24,000 nucleotides of DNA from Bryobacteraceae bacterium (GTDB taxonomy: Bacteria; Acidobacteriota; Terriglobia; Bryobacterales; Bryobacteraceae), in contig DASQHQ010000104.1 in the NCBI GenBank assembly GCA_035632015.1, positions 56,529 through 80,528 of the forward strand, read 5' to 3'. This document shows positions 1 to 7,796 of the stretch, in pieces; position 1 is the first letter of the stretch; the number at the start of each line of letters is the position of its first letter. Below the pieces are notes generated by a model that was given only the letters and a program-made list of their open reading frames with translations, made no database searches and was not told where the DNA came from. Made by a program: the position numbers and the translations under genes.

Positions 1-181
1 TCTCCGGCACGCCCTGATAGGGCCAGGTCTGGAGCGCGCGCAGCATGGCTTCCTGCACGATCTCTTCAGCCAGCTCGAGATGGGCCGGTCCGAGCAGCCG
101 CGCGAAATGCGCGACCATCCGGCCGGCCTGATGCCGGAACAGGTGTTCCAGCAGAGCACCCGGTTCAGCCGCCGCGCTCAC
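1..181 (-). CDS. ECF-type RNA polymerase sigma factor, N-terminal fragment only (gene runs off the left edge)
   Basis: Reverse-strand reading from GTG (181..179) gives VSAAAEPGALLEHLFRHQAGRMVAHFARLLGPAHLELAEEIVQEAMLRALQTWPYQGVPE. This resembles sigma-70 region 2 of the ECF sigmas that sit beside YCII/DGPF genes. The GTG overlaps the upstream TGA (GTGA at 178..181). It is absent from the ORF track because it is truncated by the window. Confidence 0.55.
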   Translation of the reverse strand, partial: MSAAAEPGALLEHLFRHQAGRMVAHFARLLGPAHLELAEEIVQEAMLRALQTWPYQGVPE

Positions 182-516
182 GTGCCCCAAACGTGGCGCA
201 CCTCGATGGTGCCGCCGTATTCGAGCTGCGGATGTTCGAGCGCCAGCTTCACCGCCTCGTCATAATTCGCCGCTTCGATGGTGTAGTAGCCGCCCAGAAC
301 CTCTTTGGTTTCGCTATACGGACCATCGGTCACACGCGGCTTGCCGGCTGGGGGGCGAATCACGCGGCCGGGATCGTCAGCCAGACGGTGGCTGTCCTTG
401 GTAAATGGCTTTTGCGTCCAGGCGAAGTACTTCTGAATCGCCTTCTGCATTTCATCCGCACTGAGGGTCGCCCAGTTGGCCGGATCGCCGTAAAGAAGCA
501 ACATGTATTGTGGCAT
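178..516 (-). CDS. YCII-related / DGPF-family small protein
   Basis: 112-aa ORF starting MPQYMLLLYGD, with VTDGPYSETKEVLGGYYTIEAANYDEAVKLA, the hallmark DGP[FY]..tKE..gG core of YCII/DGPF proteins. ATG at 516 is preceded by AGGAGA 9 nt upstream on the minus strand. Confidence 0.85.
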   Translation of the reverse strand: MPQYMLLLYGDPANWATLSADEMQKAIQKYFAWTQKPFTKDSHRLADDPGRVIRPPAGKPRVTDGPYSETKEVLGGYYTIEAANYDEAVKLALEHPQLEYGGTIEVRHVWGT

Positions 517-592
517 GGTTGGTTTTCTCCTATCGTACCTGAGTGGATTGGGAATTTTGCTGAACCTGGTTTATGGTTTTCAATGGCTCACG

Positions 593-1135
593 CTATTTGG
601 GATAGCCGGCAGTGGCTTTCACTTCGGCGATCTGCTGGCCGTGCCTCAAGGTGTGAAGCGGGATCTGGATGAGCCACTGATAGGCGTTGAGAACGCCGAA
701 GGCCGGGAAGGGGTGATCGGCGGTGTGTTCTTTCAGTGCGATTTGCGTCTCACTAGCGAACTTGACGATTGCGGCGCGCTGCCCTTCGAAACGTTCCTTG
801 ATCAGCGCACGTGTGAGCCCCTCGCGGGGTATGGCCGGCTCGGGTGCTTGCGCCTGGCCTTGACGAGACGGCATCCTCCGCTCGATGAATTCCGTCTTGC
901 CTTTGGTCTGTTCTTCCCAGCCGGGGTTGACCGGAGAGGCGATCGCCTTTCGGACCCTCGCAAACAGCAGCGCTTCGGCCAGCACGATGTGTTCGGCCGT
1001 CTCGCCGACCGACCATCGCCCGGGCGCCGGTTTCCATTTCCATTGCGCGTCGGAGACGCCGTCGAGGGAGGCGAAGAATTCCTGGTGCGACTCGTGGAGC
1101 CAGTTCAGCACTTTATTTTTCTCTTCAGCACTCAT
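593..1135 (-). CDS. DinB-family (DinB_2-like) metal-dependent protein, cytoplasmic
   Basis: Translation from MSAEEKNKVLNWL carries GETAEHIVLAE and LHTLRHGQQIAEV (the H...HxxxHxGQ His triad pattern of DinB four-helix bundles). The ORF stays open to 1387. The upstream 84 codons are Pro/Arg/Gly-rich and look non-coding, so I place the start at ATG 1135. Alternatives are GTG 1321 (has AAGGAG 7 nt upstream) and ATG 1189. Confidence 0.75.
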   Translation of the reverse strand: MSAEEKNKVLNWLHESHQEFFASLDGVSDAQWKWKPAPGRWSVGETAEHIVLAEALLFARVRKAIASPVNPGWEEQTKGKTEFIERRMPSRQGQAQAPEPAIPREGLTRALIKERFEGQRAAIVKFASETQIALKEHTADHPFPAFGVLNAYQWLIQIPLHTLRHGQQIAEVKATAGYPK

Positions 1136-1392
1136 ATGAGGCTCGGATGTGCGTAGCGGCACGCCAGCGCGCCAGGCACCGCCCTCCATTTCAGAGTCTG
1201 TAACAGGGCGTCGCGCAAGGGGCTGCGCCGTTGCTCGCGGCCTCGAACCGGGCCGGGACGTGGTGCCGGCGCCTTGAAGCGAAGCTGGCCAGCCCGTTAG
1301 GAACAGGGGTTGCATTTTCACTGCGATGCTCCTTGAGATGACTTGTCGTGCATCCCAAGAACGAACGAGGACCCGGAGAATCGACACGCGTC

Positions 1393-1425
1393 CGAAAAAA
1401 AAGTTGGTGCGGCGCTGCAGCGCGC
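1393..1425 (-). terminator. Possible intrinsic terminator after the FG-GAP gene
   Basis: Directly after the TAG (1428..1426) the minus strand reads GGCGC-GCTGCA-GCGCC (5-bp GC stem), then GCACCAAC, then T8. The T-run is striking in GC-rich DNA, but it lies 8 nt from the stem, so this is non-canonical. Confidence 0.3.
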
Positions 1426-4400
1426 CTAGCGCTTTGGCCGGCGGGTTGGCGCGGCGGGATGGACGCCGGCCTTGCTGGGTCTTGCGGATGCCGTCACGTT
1501 GCCGCTGACGCTCATCACCGGACCGTTGCTCGACAGGTTCTCCTGCGTGATCACCACCGGATAGTCGCCCGCGGGCAGATCCGGCACCTGCGCAATGATC
1601 TGGCCGATCCCGACCATCCCCGGCAGCATGGTGGCCGATGTCACCGGCGCGTCGGAACCACCGATGCTGACCGTGGGCATGATCAACGCATTGGACACCA
1701 CGTCGCCCGGAGCCGCCGCACCGTCGGGAATGGGATTGTCCAGCAGACCCAATCCGGCGCAGTAGATCAGGACCAGGCTCTCATCGTCAGCGGGGTTGTC
1801 CGGGCTGTTGATATTAGTCGGGTCGTTGGGGTCGTTTTGGACCATGGCTCGGCCGTCGGGCGTCGTGACGACGCCGGGCGAAACGTCGGTGACGGTCACC
1901 TGGACGGCGGCACTGGATGCGCCGTTGGCGTTGACCACGATGCTGGCCGGGCCGGTCGCGGTTTCATATGGAATCTGGAAAGTGATCTGCTGATAGCCGG
2001 CGAAGCTCATCGCGGCCAGGGTTCCGTTCACCGTCAGCGAGACTCCGTTGAGTGTGGTCTGCCAGGGTGGATCGCCGTTGGGGGTGTCGACACTGCTGAA
2101 ATGATTCCCAAAGAGAGTGGCGAGCGACCCCGGCGCGAACACCGCCTGCGAACTGATGGTGTCCACGATGCTGCCGGTCGTGATGATCGGAAGCGGGAAC
2201 ACGTACGCTTCGCCCAGTCCCGACGCTTTGGTTCCCGCGGTAGCTACCAGCGTTCCTGCGCTCCAACCAACTGCCGAGCCAAACCGATCGCCGTTCTCGG
2301 CGTCCGGGGCCGAAAGCTCCAACTGCTGCGTCCAGGTAGAGCCCGATCGCACAAACGCGTATGTCACTCCCCGGCTCGAGTTTTTCAGTGTCGCTCCCAG
2401 GACGGCGGTGTCTCCGGTGAGCCACACGGCGGTGCCGAAAATGTCGCCGCCTGCGGCGTCGGAAGGGGCCAGCTTAGTCTGCTGGGTCCAGGCGACGCCC
2501 GATCGGACAAACACGTAGGCGGCGCCTTGGGCCCCTGCCTCTAAATAGGCGCCCACCAGGGCCGTGTCAGCATCGATTGAAACCGAATACCCGAAATTAT
2601 CCGGACCTGCCCGGTCGGGGACCAACTTGGCCTGCTGGGTCCAGGTGGAGCCGGATCGAACAAAAACGTATGCCGCGCCATGGAAGCTGGCCGCCGCCCT
2701 CGCTCCGACCAGGGCTGTATCTCCGCTGATCGAAACAGAAGACCCGAAATTATCATTGGTCGCGGCGTCCGAGGCGGTCAGCTTGGCCTGCTGGGTCCAT
2801 GTCGTACCCGATCGCACAAACACGTAGGCGACTCCCTGGGCGGCGAGTCTACCAACGGCTCCTACTATGGCTGTGTTTGCGCTGAGCGACACGGAATTGC
2901 CGAACGCATCGCCCTTGGCTGGATCGGCCGCGACCAGTTCGGCTTGCTGCGTCCAGGCCCCGCCGGATTGAACGAACACATAAACCACGCCTTGGCCGTT
3001 CTTGCCGGACGCTCCGACCAGGAGGGTGCTTCCATCGGTGGCGAGAGAGGCTCCGAACCCGTCGCCGTTGGCTGCGTCAGAGGGAGTCAACTTACTCTGC
3101 TGGATCCAGGTAGCGCCTGAGCGCACGAAAACGTACACCGCGCCCTGAACAAGAGACTTGGTAGGAGCGCCCACCATGACCGTGTCTCCGCTTACGGCGA
3201 TGGAGGTCCCGAAGCCATCCGCCGCAGATCCACCAGCAGCCGTTAGAATGCTCTGCTGGACAAAGCTGACGCCGGAGCGTGAAAACGCATACGCCTCACC
3301 TTTGCTGTTGCCCCTACTGGGGCTCCCAAACAGCGCGGTGTCGGCGCTCAACGCAACCGCCGTGCTGAACACATCGCCGATGGCTCCATCCGAAGCGGTC
3401 AGTTTAGGCTGAGGAGTCCAGGTTGTGCCGGACCGCACAAACACGTACGCCTCACCGAACGCTTGCGAATTGAACGGCTCGTTGCATATCACTGTGTCGC
3501 CGTTGACGGCGACCGCAGTGGCGAAAGCGTCGGCCCCGGAATCGCCCGGGGATCGCAGCATCGCCTGCTGGCTCCATGTCCCGCTGGTTCGCACAAAAAT
3601 ATACGCCAGGCCGGTGGCAAAGGACTTGGACTTGGTGCCCACGATGGCCGTGTCGGCGTTCACCGCCACCGAGTAGCCGAACTGCGCATCATTGGCAAGC
3701 TGGCTGGCAGCCAGTTTGGCCTGCTGGCTCCAGGCTCCAGCCGGCGACCGGAAAAAGATATACGCCGCTCCCTGGCCGTTATTCTTGGCATACGCTCCGG
3801 CGATAACGGTGTCGACGCTGAGCGCTACCGAATAGCCGAACGCATCGCCGTTGGCTGCGTCGTTGGGGACGAACTCGGCCTGCTGGTTCCAGACCCCGCC
3901 CGTGCCCGTATACACATAGACCGTCCCCTTACCGTTGGCCCTTCCAGGCGCGCCCACCACGCCGGTCGTGCCATTCAACGCAACGGAGGTTCCGAAGCCA
4001 TCGCCGGCGTTTCCGTCCGTCGCCGTCAGCTCGGCCTGTTGAGACCAATTCGGACCGGTTTCGAGGAAGACATAGGCTGCGCCCCGGCCGGACGCTTGAG
4101 TCGAGGCGCCGACCAGGATTGTGCCTCCGCTTACGGCAACAGAGATTCCGAATCGATCCTCACGAACGCCATCGGAGGCGGTCAGAGTCGTCTGCTGCGT
4201 CCAGGTCGAGCCCGAACGGACAAACACCAGCGCCTCGCCTTTCGAGCCGGCGTTGCCAGGCGCCCCAACCACGGCGATGTTCCCGTCGACCGCCAGGGAC
4301 GTACCCATGTTGTCCGCGCTTACCCCGTCGCTGGCCTGCAAGATGATGGACGACACCAGGGGGTCGATCGTTATCGGATAAACGGCGGCGCGATCATCTA

Positions 4401-5082
4401 CGATGATCCGCACTTGGCGATTCTGCACTTCCAATCGCGCTGCCAGAGGACGACGCTTGGAATCCCAAGCCCGCAGATCGGTGTAGCGCATTTCGGCATG
4501 GCCGCCGGAGTCGATGAGAAGAGCCTCCCCGGGCGCCTCTATTTTCGGCGCCAGGTCCCCGCCGACGGCCAGGGCGAAAACAAGTGGGCCGGCAGCGCCC
4601 TTAACCGGAGGGTGCGCCAGGGTGAAGCCTTGCTCCAAGCCACGCTGGTCATTTTCGTACCACTCGGTGAGATTGCCTCGCCGGTATTCCACCCGGCGGC
4701 CCGCGGCCCAGCGCTTCGCCGGCGATGGCGCGACCAGACGATCTCCATAACCGTAGCCGAGCAATCGCAATGTCACCACGTCGTGGGCGGCGCTATCAGC
4801 AAGGCTCAGCCCTGCTTCATCGGAACGAAATGTGATCGCGAACCGTTGCGCCTGATTCTGCGCTCCATAGCTGCTACCATCCCGCTCGACGCCGTAGCCA
4901 GCCTCGCGCCATGCCCGCTCGAGACTGTTGTAGCGGCCGGACTGCTTCAAGGCGGCTACCGCATCGGAGCCGGTGAGCGGAGGAATCAGTTCAGCAGCTA
5001 GCGCGGTCGGCACCGCGGAAGCAAACATCAAAATGCCAAGGAGCGGACAATAGACACGGATCGCCTGAGAGCGTTTCAACAC
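1426..5082 (-). CDS. Exported 1218-aa protein: ~215-aa N-terminal domain, 14 FG-GAP-like beta-propeller blades, C-terminal IPT/TIG-like module resembling the Solibacter TIGR03437 domain
   Basis: GTG start at 5082 with AAAGGA upstream. Signal peptide MLKRSQAIRVYCPLLGILMFASAVPTALA|AE. There are 14 units of consensus L.ASD.A.GD.FG.SVA.SGDTA.VGA.......GAAYVFVRSG.TW.QQ.K. The C-terminus (FAPGSLATLFG..., LNGVSLTVNG..., ITFQIPYE..., GIGQIIAQVPDLPAGDYPVVI) matches my memory of the TIGR03437 pattern. Confidence 0.9.
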   Translation of the reverse strand: MLKRSQAIRVYCPLLGILMFASAVPTALAAELIPPLTGSDAVAALKQSGRYNSLERAWREAGYGVERDGSSYGAQNQAQRFAITFRSDEAGLSLADSAAHDVVTLRLLGYGYGDRLVAPSPAKRWAAGRRVEYRRGNLTEWYENDQRGLEQGFTLAHPPVKGAAGPLVFALAVGGDLAPKIEAPGEALLIDSGGHAEMRYTDLRAWDSKRRPLAARLEVQNRQVRIIVDDRAAVYPITIDPLVSSIILQASDGVSADNMGTSLAVDGNIAVVGAPGNAGSKGEALVFVRSGSTWTQQTTLTASDGVREDRFGISVAVSGGTILVGASTQASGRGAAYVFLETGPNWSQQAELTATDGNAGDGFGTSVALNGTTGVVGAPGRANGKGTVYVYTGTGGVWNQQAEFVPNDAANGDAFGYSVALSVDTVIAGAYAKNNGQGAAYIFFRSPAGAWSQQAKLAASQLANDAQFGYSVAVNADTAIVGTKSKSFATGLAYIFVRTSGTWSQQAMLRSPGDSGADAFATAVAVNGDTVICNEPFNSQAFGEAYVFVRSGTTWTPQPKLTASDGAIGDVFSTAVALSADTALFGSPSRGNSKGEAYAFSRSGVSFVQQSILTAAGGSAADGFGTSIAVSGDTVMVGAPTKSLVQGAVYVFVRSGATWIQQSKLTPSDAANGDGFGASLATDGSTLLVGASGKNGQGVVYVFVQSGGAWTQQAELVAADPAKGDAFGNSVSLSANTAIVGAVGRLAAQGVAYVFVRSGTTWTQQAKLTASDAATNDNFGSSVSISGDTALVGARAAASFHGAAYVFVRSGSTWTQQAKLVPDRAGPDNFGYSVSIDADTALVGAYLEAGAQGAAYVFVRSGVAWTQQTKLAPSDAAGGDIFGTAVWLTGDTAVLGATLKNSSRGVTYAFVRSGSTWTQQLELSAPDAENGDRFGSAVGWSAGTLVATAGTKASGLGEAYVFPLPIITTGSIVDTISSQAVFAPGSLATLFGNHFSSVDTPNGDPPWQTTLNGVSLTVNGTLAAMSFAGYQQITFQIPYETATGPASIVVNANGASSAAVQVTVTDVSPGVVTTPDGRAMVQNDPNDPTNINSPDNPADDESLVLIYCAGLGLLDNPIPDGAAAPGDVVSNALIMPTVSIGGSDAPVTSATMLPGMVGIGQIIAQVPDLPAGDYPVVITQENLSSNGPVMSVSGNVTASARPSKAGVHPAAPTRRPKR
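2188..4344 (-). repeat. In-frame coding tandem repeat, 14 units of ~51-53 codons (FG-GAP-like blades)
   Basis: On the plus strand a block of the form CTGCTGGGTCCAGG....CG.ACAAACACGTA recurs 13 times. It is the antisense of Y-V-F-V-R-S-G-..-W-T-Q-Q. It appears near 2326, 2480, 2632, 2788, 2944, 3097, 3250, 3409, 3562, 3718, 3880, 4033 and 4190. The period is ~153-162 bp. Confidence 0.85.
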
Positions 5083-5158
5083 AGGTGTGGTCCTTTGAGC
5101 TTAAGTTGATTGCGTCACTCGATCATAGCGGTAAATGGCAAAAAAGTATCGGATAGCT

Positions 5159-5191
5159 TTGCAATCTCGTACTATCTATCGTAAGATAGCT
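5159..5191 (+). promoter_or_regulatory. Candidate sigma-70-type promoter of padR with overlapping inverted-repeat operator
   Basis: TTGCAA (5159..5164), 17-nt spacer, TAAGAT (5182..5187), ~30 nt upstream of ATG 5217 in the AT-richest intergenic region. Inverted repeat CTATCT(5172..5177)-N6-AGATAG(5184..5189) spans the spacer and -10. Direct repeat GATAGCT sits at 5152..5158 and 5185..5191. Confidence 0.35.
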
Positions 5192-5216
5192 CTGAAGATA
5201 TGTCTTGTGAGGGGCA

Positions 5217-5753
5217 ATGAGCAAGTATTGGTCTAACTCGGATTCTTCAAACAGTTGGTCTGCTTGGGGTTATGCGCCATGGGCACGTCGCGGCCGATTC
5301 TTTGAGGCGGGCGAAGTTCGGATAGCGATTCTGTCGCTGCTTTCGGAAAAAGGAAAGCACGGTTACGAGCTCATGAAAGCGCTCGAAGCCCGTTCGGGCG
5401 GAGTCTACAGGATCAGCGCCGGCGCCATATATCCGGCACTGGCACAGCTTGAAGAGGACGGGATGATTGCGTCGGAAACAAAGGACGGCCGGCGCGTTTA
5501 TCACCTTACCGACGCGGGCAAGAAAGAGTTGAAGCGCGAGCAACCCACCGTGGACCAAATCTGGCGGCGCGCTTCGCAATGGGAAGATTGGGGCCAGTGG
5601 ATGGGGCCAGGCGTGGCTGTGATCTCGGGTTCGCTGGGCGCGCTGATCAAGGCGGCCTTCCGCAGCATGAAGCAAAGCGGCGACGACCTGAAGCACAAGC
5701 GGCGCGTGGAGGACATTCTTGACCGCGCGCGGCGCGAGCTGGAGGAACTATGA
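5217..5753 (+). CDS. PadR-family transcriptional regulator
   Basis: 178 aa. The winged-helix core EVRIAILSLLSEKGKHGYELMKALEARSGGVYRISAGAIYPALAQLEEDGMI...GRRVYHLTDAGKKEL is a textbook PadR signature. GAGGGG lies upstream of the ATG. Confidence 0.9.
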   Translation: MSKYWSNSDSSNSWSAWGYAPWARRGRFFEAGEVRIAILSLLSEKGKHGYELMKALEARSGGVYRISAGAIYPALAQLEEDGMIASETKDGRRVYHLTDAGKKELKREQPTVDQIWRRASQWEDWGQWMGPGVAVISGSLGALIKAAFRSMKQSGDDLKHKRRVEDILDRARRELEEL

Positions 5754-6634
5754 ACGCTTCGCTCGAGGATTACCGGCGGTTCTACGCCGAAGAGATCGCA
5801 GCGGTCGCGGCTGTGCGATCGCCGGCCTTGGTGCGGGCGTTCGCCAGCGTGCCGCGGGAAGATTTTCTCGGGCCGGGCCCCTGGAAACTTTTCGGCCTGG
5901 ATTCCGGAATGGGCGCCAGCTATCGCCTCACTGAAGATGCCGATCCCAGGCGTCTGTACCACAACGTGGTGGTGTCGATCGACCAGGCGCGGCACCTGAA
6001 CAACGGGCAGCCCAGCGCGCTGGCTTCCTGGATCAATGCGCTAGAGATTGCCCAGGGCGATCGCGTGTTCCATCTCGGCGCGGGCGTGGGTTACTACACC
6101 GCGATCATGGCGGAGATCGTTGGACCGCGGGGCAGCGTGACAGGCGCCGAGGTGGATGCGGGTCTCGCGGCGCGGGCGCGCCAGAATCTGGCGAAGTGGA
6201 AAAACGTCGAAGTGATTTCAGGCGATGGAACGCAGCACGATCCGGGACCTGCCGACGTGATCTTCATCAACGCCGGCGTCACACATCCCTTACCTTTATG
6301 GCTTGATCGGCTCCGTCCCGGGGGACGGTTGCTCTACCCGGTCACCTTCGAAGGTCCTGGATTTCCGGGCGGCAAGGGTTGCATGCTGCTGGTGAAACGC
6401 GAAGCGGAGGTGTACTCGGCGCGCTGCGTGAACGTTGTGATGATTTACTCCTGCAGCAGTCTTCGCGATGCCGAGCTGAATACAGCCTTGACGAAGCTGG
6501 TCGGCTCTGGCAAGATTCTCGGAGTTCGCTCGCTGCGCCGCGAACCGCACCAGGCCGATGAATCCTGCCTGCTGCACGGCCCGGACTCGTGCCTTTCGAC
6601 TAAGGAAATCGCCTCTCAGCGCGCCACGGCTTGA
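5750..6634 (+). CDS. Protein-L-isoaspartate O-methyltransferase (PCMT)-like SAM-dependent methyltransferase with a ~55-aa C-terminal extension
   Basis: ATG overlaps the padR stop (ATGA at 5750..5753) and GGAGGA lies just upstream. PCMT-like blocks are VPREDFLGP, NNGQPSALASWINAL, VFHLGAGVGYYTAIMAEIV (SAM motif I), ISGDG and ADVIFINAGVTHPLPLWLDRLRPGGRLLYPV. The extra tail contains ESCLLHGPDSCLS. Confidence 0.8.
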   Translation: MNASLEDYRRFYAEEIAAVAAVRSPALVRAFASVPREDFLGPGPWKLFGLDSGMGASYRLTEDADPRRLYHNVVVSIDQARHLNNGQPSALASWINALEIAQGDRVFHLGAGVGYYTAIMAEIVGPRGSVTGAEVDAGLAARARQNLAKWKNVEVISGDGTQHDPGPADVIFINAGVTHPLPLWLDRLRPGGRLLYPVTFEGPGFPGGKGCMLLVKREAEVYSARCVNVVMIYSCSSLRDAELNTALTKLVGSGKILGVRSLRREPHQADESCLLHGPDSCLSTKEIASQRATA

Positions 6635-7608
6635 GCCACGGCAGCCCGATCGTGGTAGGCGTACTCGGTGTCGATGCCGCTGTACTCTTTCCCGTCGACT
6701 TCCGCGTACGGGTACACGAAGTAATTCAGCGGCTCACCCTTTTGCTTGGGCGTCAGAACCAGGTCGCGTCCTTTGGATAGCTCGATCCGATTCTCATCGT
6801 GCGCGCCGAAGAAATATTGACGCTTGGCCGGATTCTTGGCCGCTTCCGAAGCGTCCACCGGCACCCAGCCGATTCCTTTGGCATAAAATTCAGCCCAGCA
6901 ATGATAGCCGGCGATCTTGCCTTGCCCGCGTTCCTCCGGCAGCGGAAAGCCGATGGCAAAACGCGCCGGGATGCCCAGAGCGCGCGCGTAGCCGATGAAG
7001 ATGGCGTGGAAATCGGTGCAGTTGCCGCGCCGGGCATCGCAGGCGTAATAGATGTCGCCGCGGCCCCAACCCTTGCCGGTTTTGTCGTATTTCACCGTGG
7101 CGACAATGTGGTCGTAGATGGCGCGGGCCATCTCCAGGTCGGTGCGCGCGTGGGCGGCATCGACCACTTCGCGCGCCCAGGTGTGGATCTGGCCATCGAT
7201 CGGCACCAGCCGGTCGGGCTTCAACCAGCGCGAGAGATCCGACGGGGAGCGAACCTCGGTTTTCGAAGCCACCGGAATGAGCTGTTGGAAGCGTTCGCGG
7301 CGAACGGCGTGGAACGTCACCTTCACGGGAATGCTGGACTGCCGGGGCCGGTCGACTTCCAGATACAGGATCGTGTTGCCCTGATCGCCGGCTTGGATCT
7401 TGTACGGGTAGGGGGTCTCGACGCGCAGATTCGTGATGCGCTGGTACGGGTCGTCGTGCGGTACGGGAATCCACAGCTCCACTTTCTGGGCGCCGGGCGG
7501 CAGGTCCTTGGCAGTGGCGTTGTATTCAAACGTGAAGTCGCGCTCGTGGATGTGATCGGAAGCGAGCAGCAGCGAGGAAGATAGCAGCAGGAGCGAGCAA
7601 GCACGCAT
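6616..7608 (-). CDS. Exported transglutaminase-like (papain-fold Cys-His-Asp) protein
   Basis: 330 aa. Signal peptide MRACSLLLLSSSLLLA|SD. Catalytic-type motifs are RRGNCTDFHAIF (Cys), IAGYHCWAEF (His) and WVPVDASE (Asp). The 3' end overlaps the convergent methyltransferase by 19 bp. Confidence 0.85.
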   Translation of the reverse strand: MRACSLLLLSSSLLLASDHIHERDFTFEYNATAKDLPPGAQKVELWIPVPHDDPYQRITNLRVETPYPYKIQAGDQGNTILYLEVDRPRQSSIPVKVTFHAVRRERFQQLIPVASKTEVRSPSDLSRWLKPDRLVPIDGQIHTWAREVVDAAHARTDLEMARAIYDHIVATVKYDKTGKGWGRGDIYYACDARRGNCTDFHAIFIGYARALGIPARFAIGFPLPEERGQGKIAGYHCWAEFYAKGIGWVPVDASEAAKNPAKRQYFFGAHDENRIELSKGRDLVLTPKQKGEPLNYFVYPYAEVDGKEYSGIDTEYAYHDRAAVAQAVAR

Positions 7609-7796
7609 GAATTCCAGTGTACGATGGTGGCTCAGTTGAAATCAGAACTACTGCGGGTGACCGGCGGCATGAGCATTACCGGTCGAGACGGATATCCGGC
7701 AGTAACGTCCCAACAATATGCTTCTCGGTTCTCATTCCAAGCAATTTGGGGGCTCTAAACCTGTCACAAAATCGCTCGGTAGGGTGTTCTAGCAAC

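Noticed and set aside
2188-4344. Regular ~156-bp periodicity that could superficially suggest a CRISPR-like or satellite array
   Set aside because: The units are degenerate, every period is a multiple of 3, and there is no repeat/unique-spacer alternation. The whole region is one continuous ORF, so this is a protein-coding blade repeat.
1348-5001. Long plus-strand ORFs (398 aa at 1348..2544, 512 aa at 3463..5001, and several of 75-146 aa) opposite the FG-GAP gene
   Set aside because: Their translations are Arg/Gly/His/Ala-rich low-complexity sequence with no motifs. The minus-strand frame encodes a coherent signal peptide, repeats and C-terminal domain. Open antisense frames are expected in GC-rich repetitive coding DNA.
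5750-6634. PIMT-like methyltransferase as a tailoring enzyme of a RiPP (lasso or lanthipeptide) cluster
   Set aside because: No precursor-like small ORF, lasso cyclase/protease, lanthionine synthetase or ABC exporter lies nearby. The neighbours are PadR and a convergent transglutaminase-like gene.
7617-7796. 60-codon N-terminal extension of the ECF sigma ORF (track start 7617)
   Set aside because: The extension lies in AT-richer, intergenic-looking DNA. Its peptide (MYDGGSVEIRTTAGDRRHEHYRSRR...) has no sigma region. It would also place the start 9 bp from the divergent gene. GTG 7797 gives a normal-length sigma.
7609-7796. An ECF-type autoregulatory promoter (GGAAC...CGTC-like) upstream of the sigma gene
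   Set aside because: Several weak partial matches exist (e.g. AAACC...CGGT and a CGTCC box), but none has convincing -35/-10 spacing. I cannot support a call without the group-specific motif.
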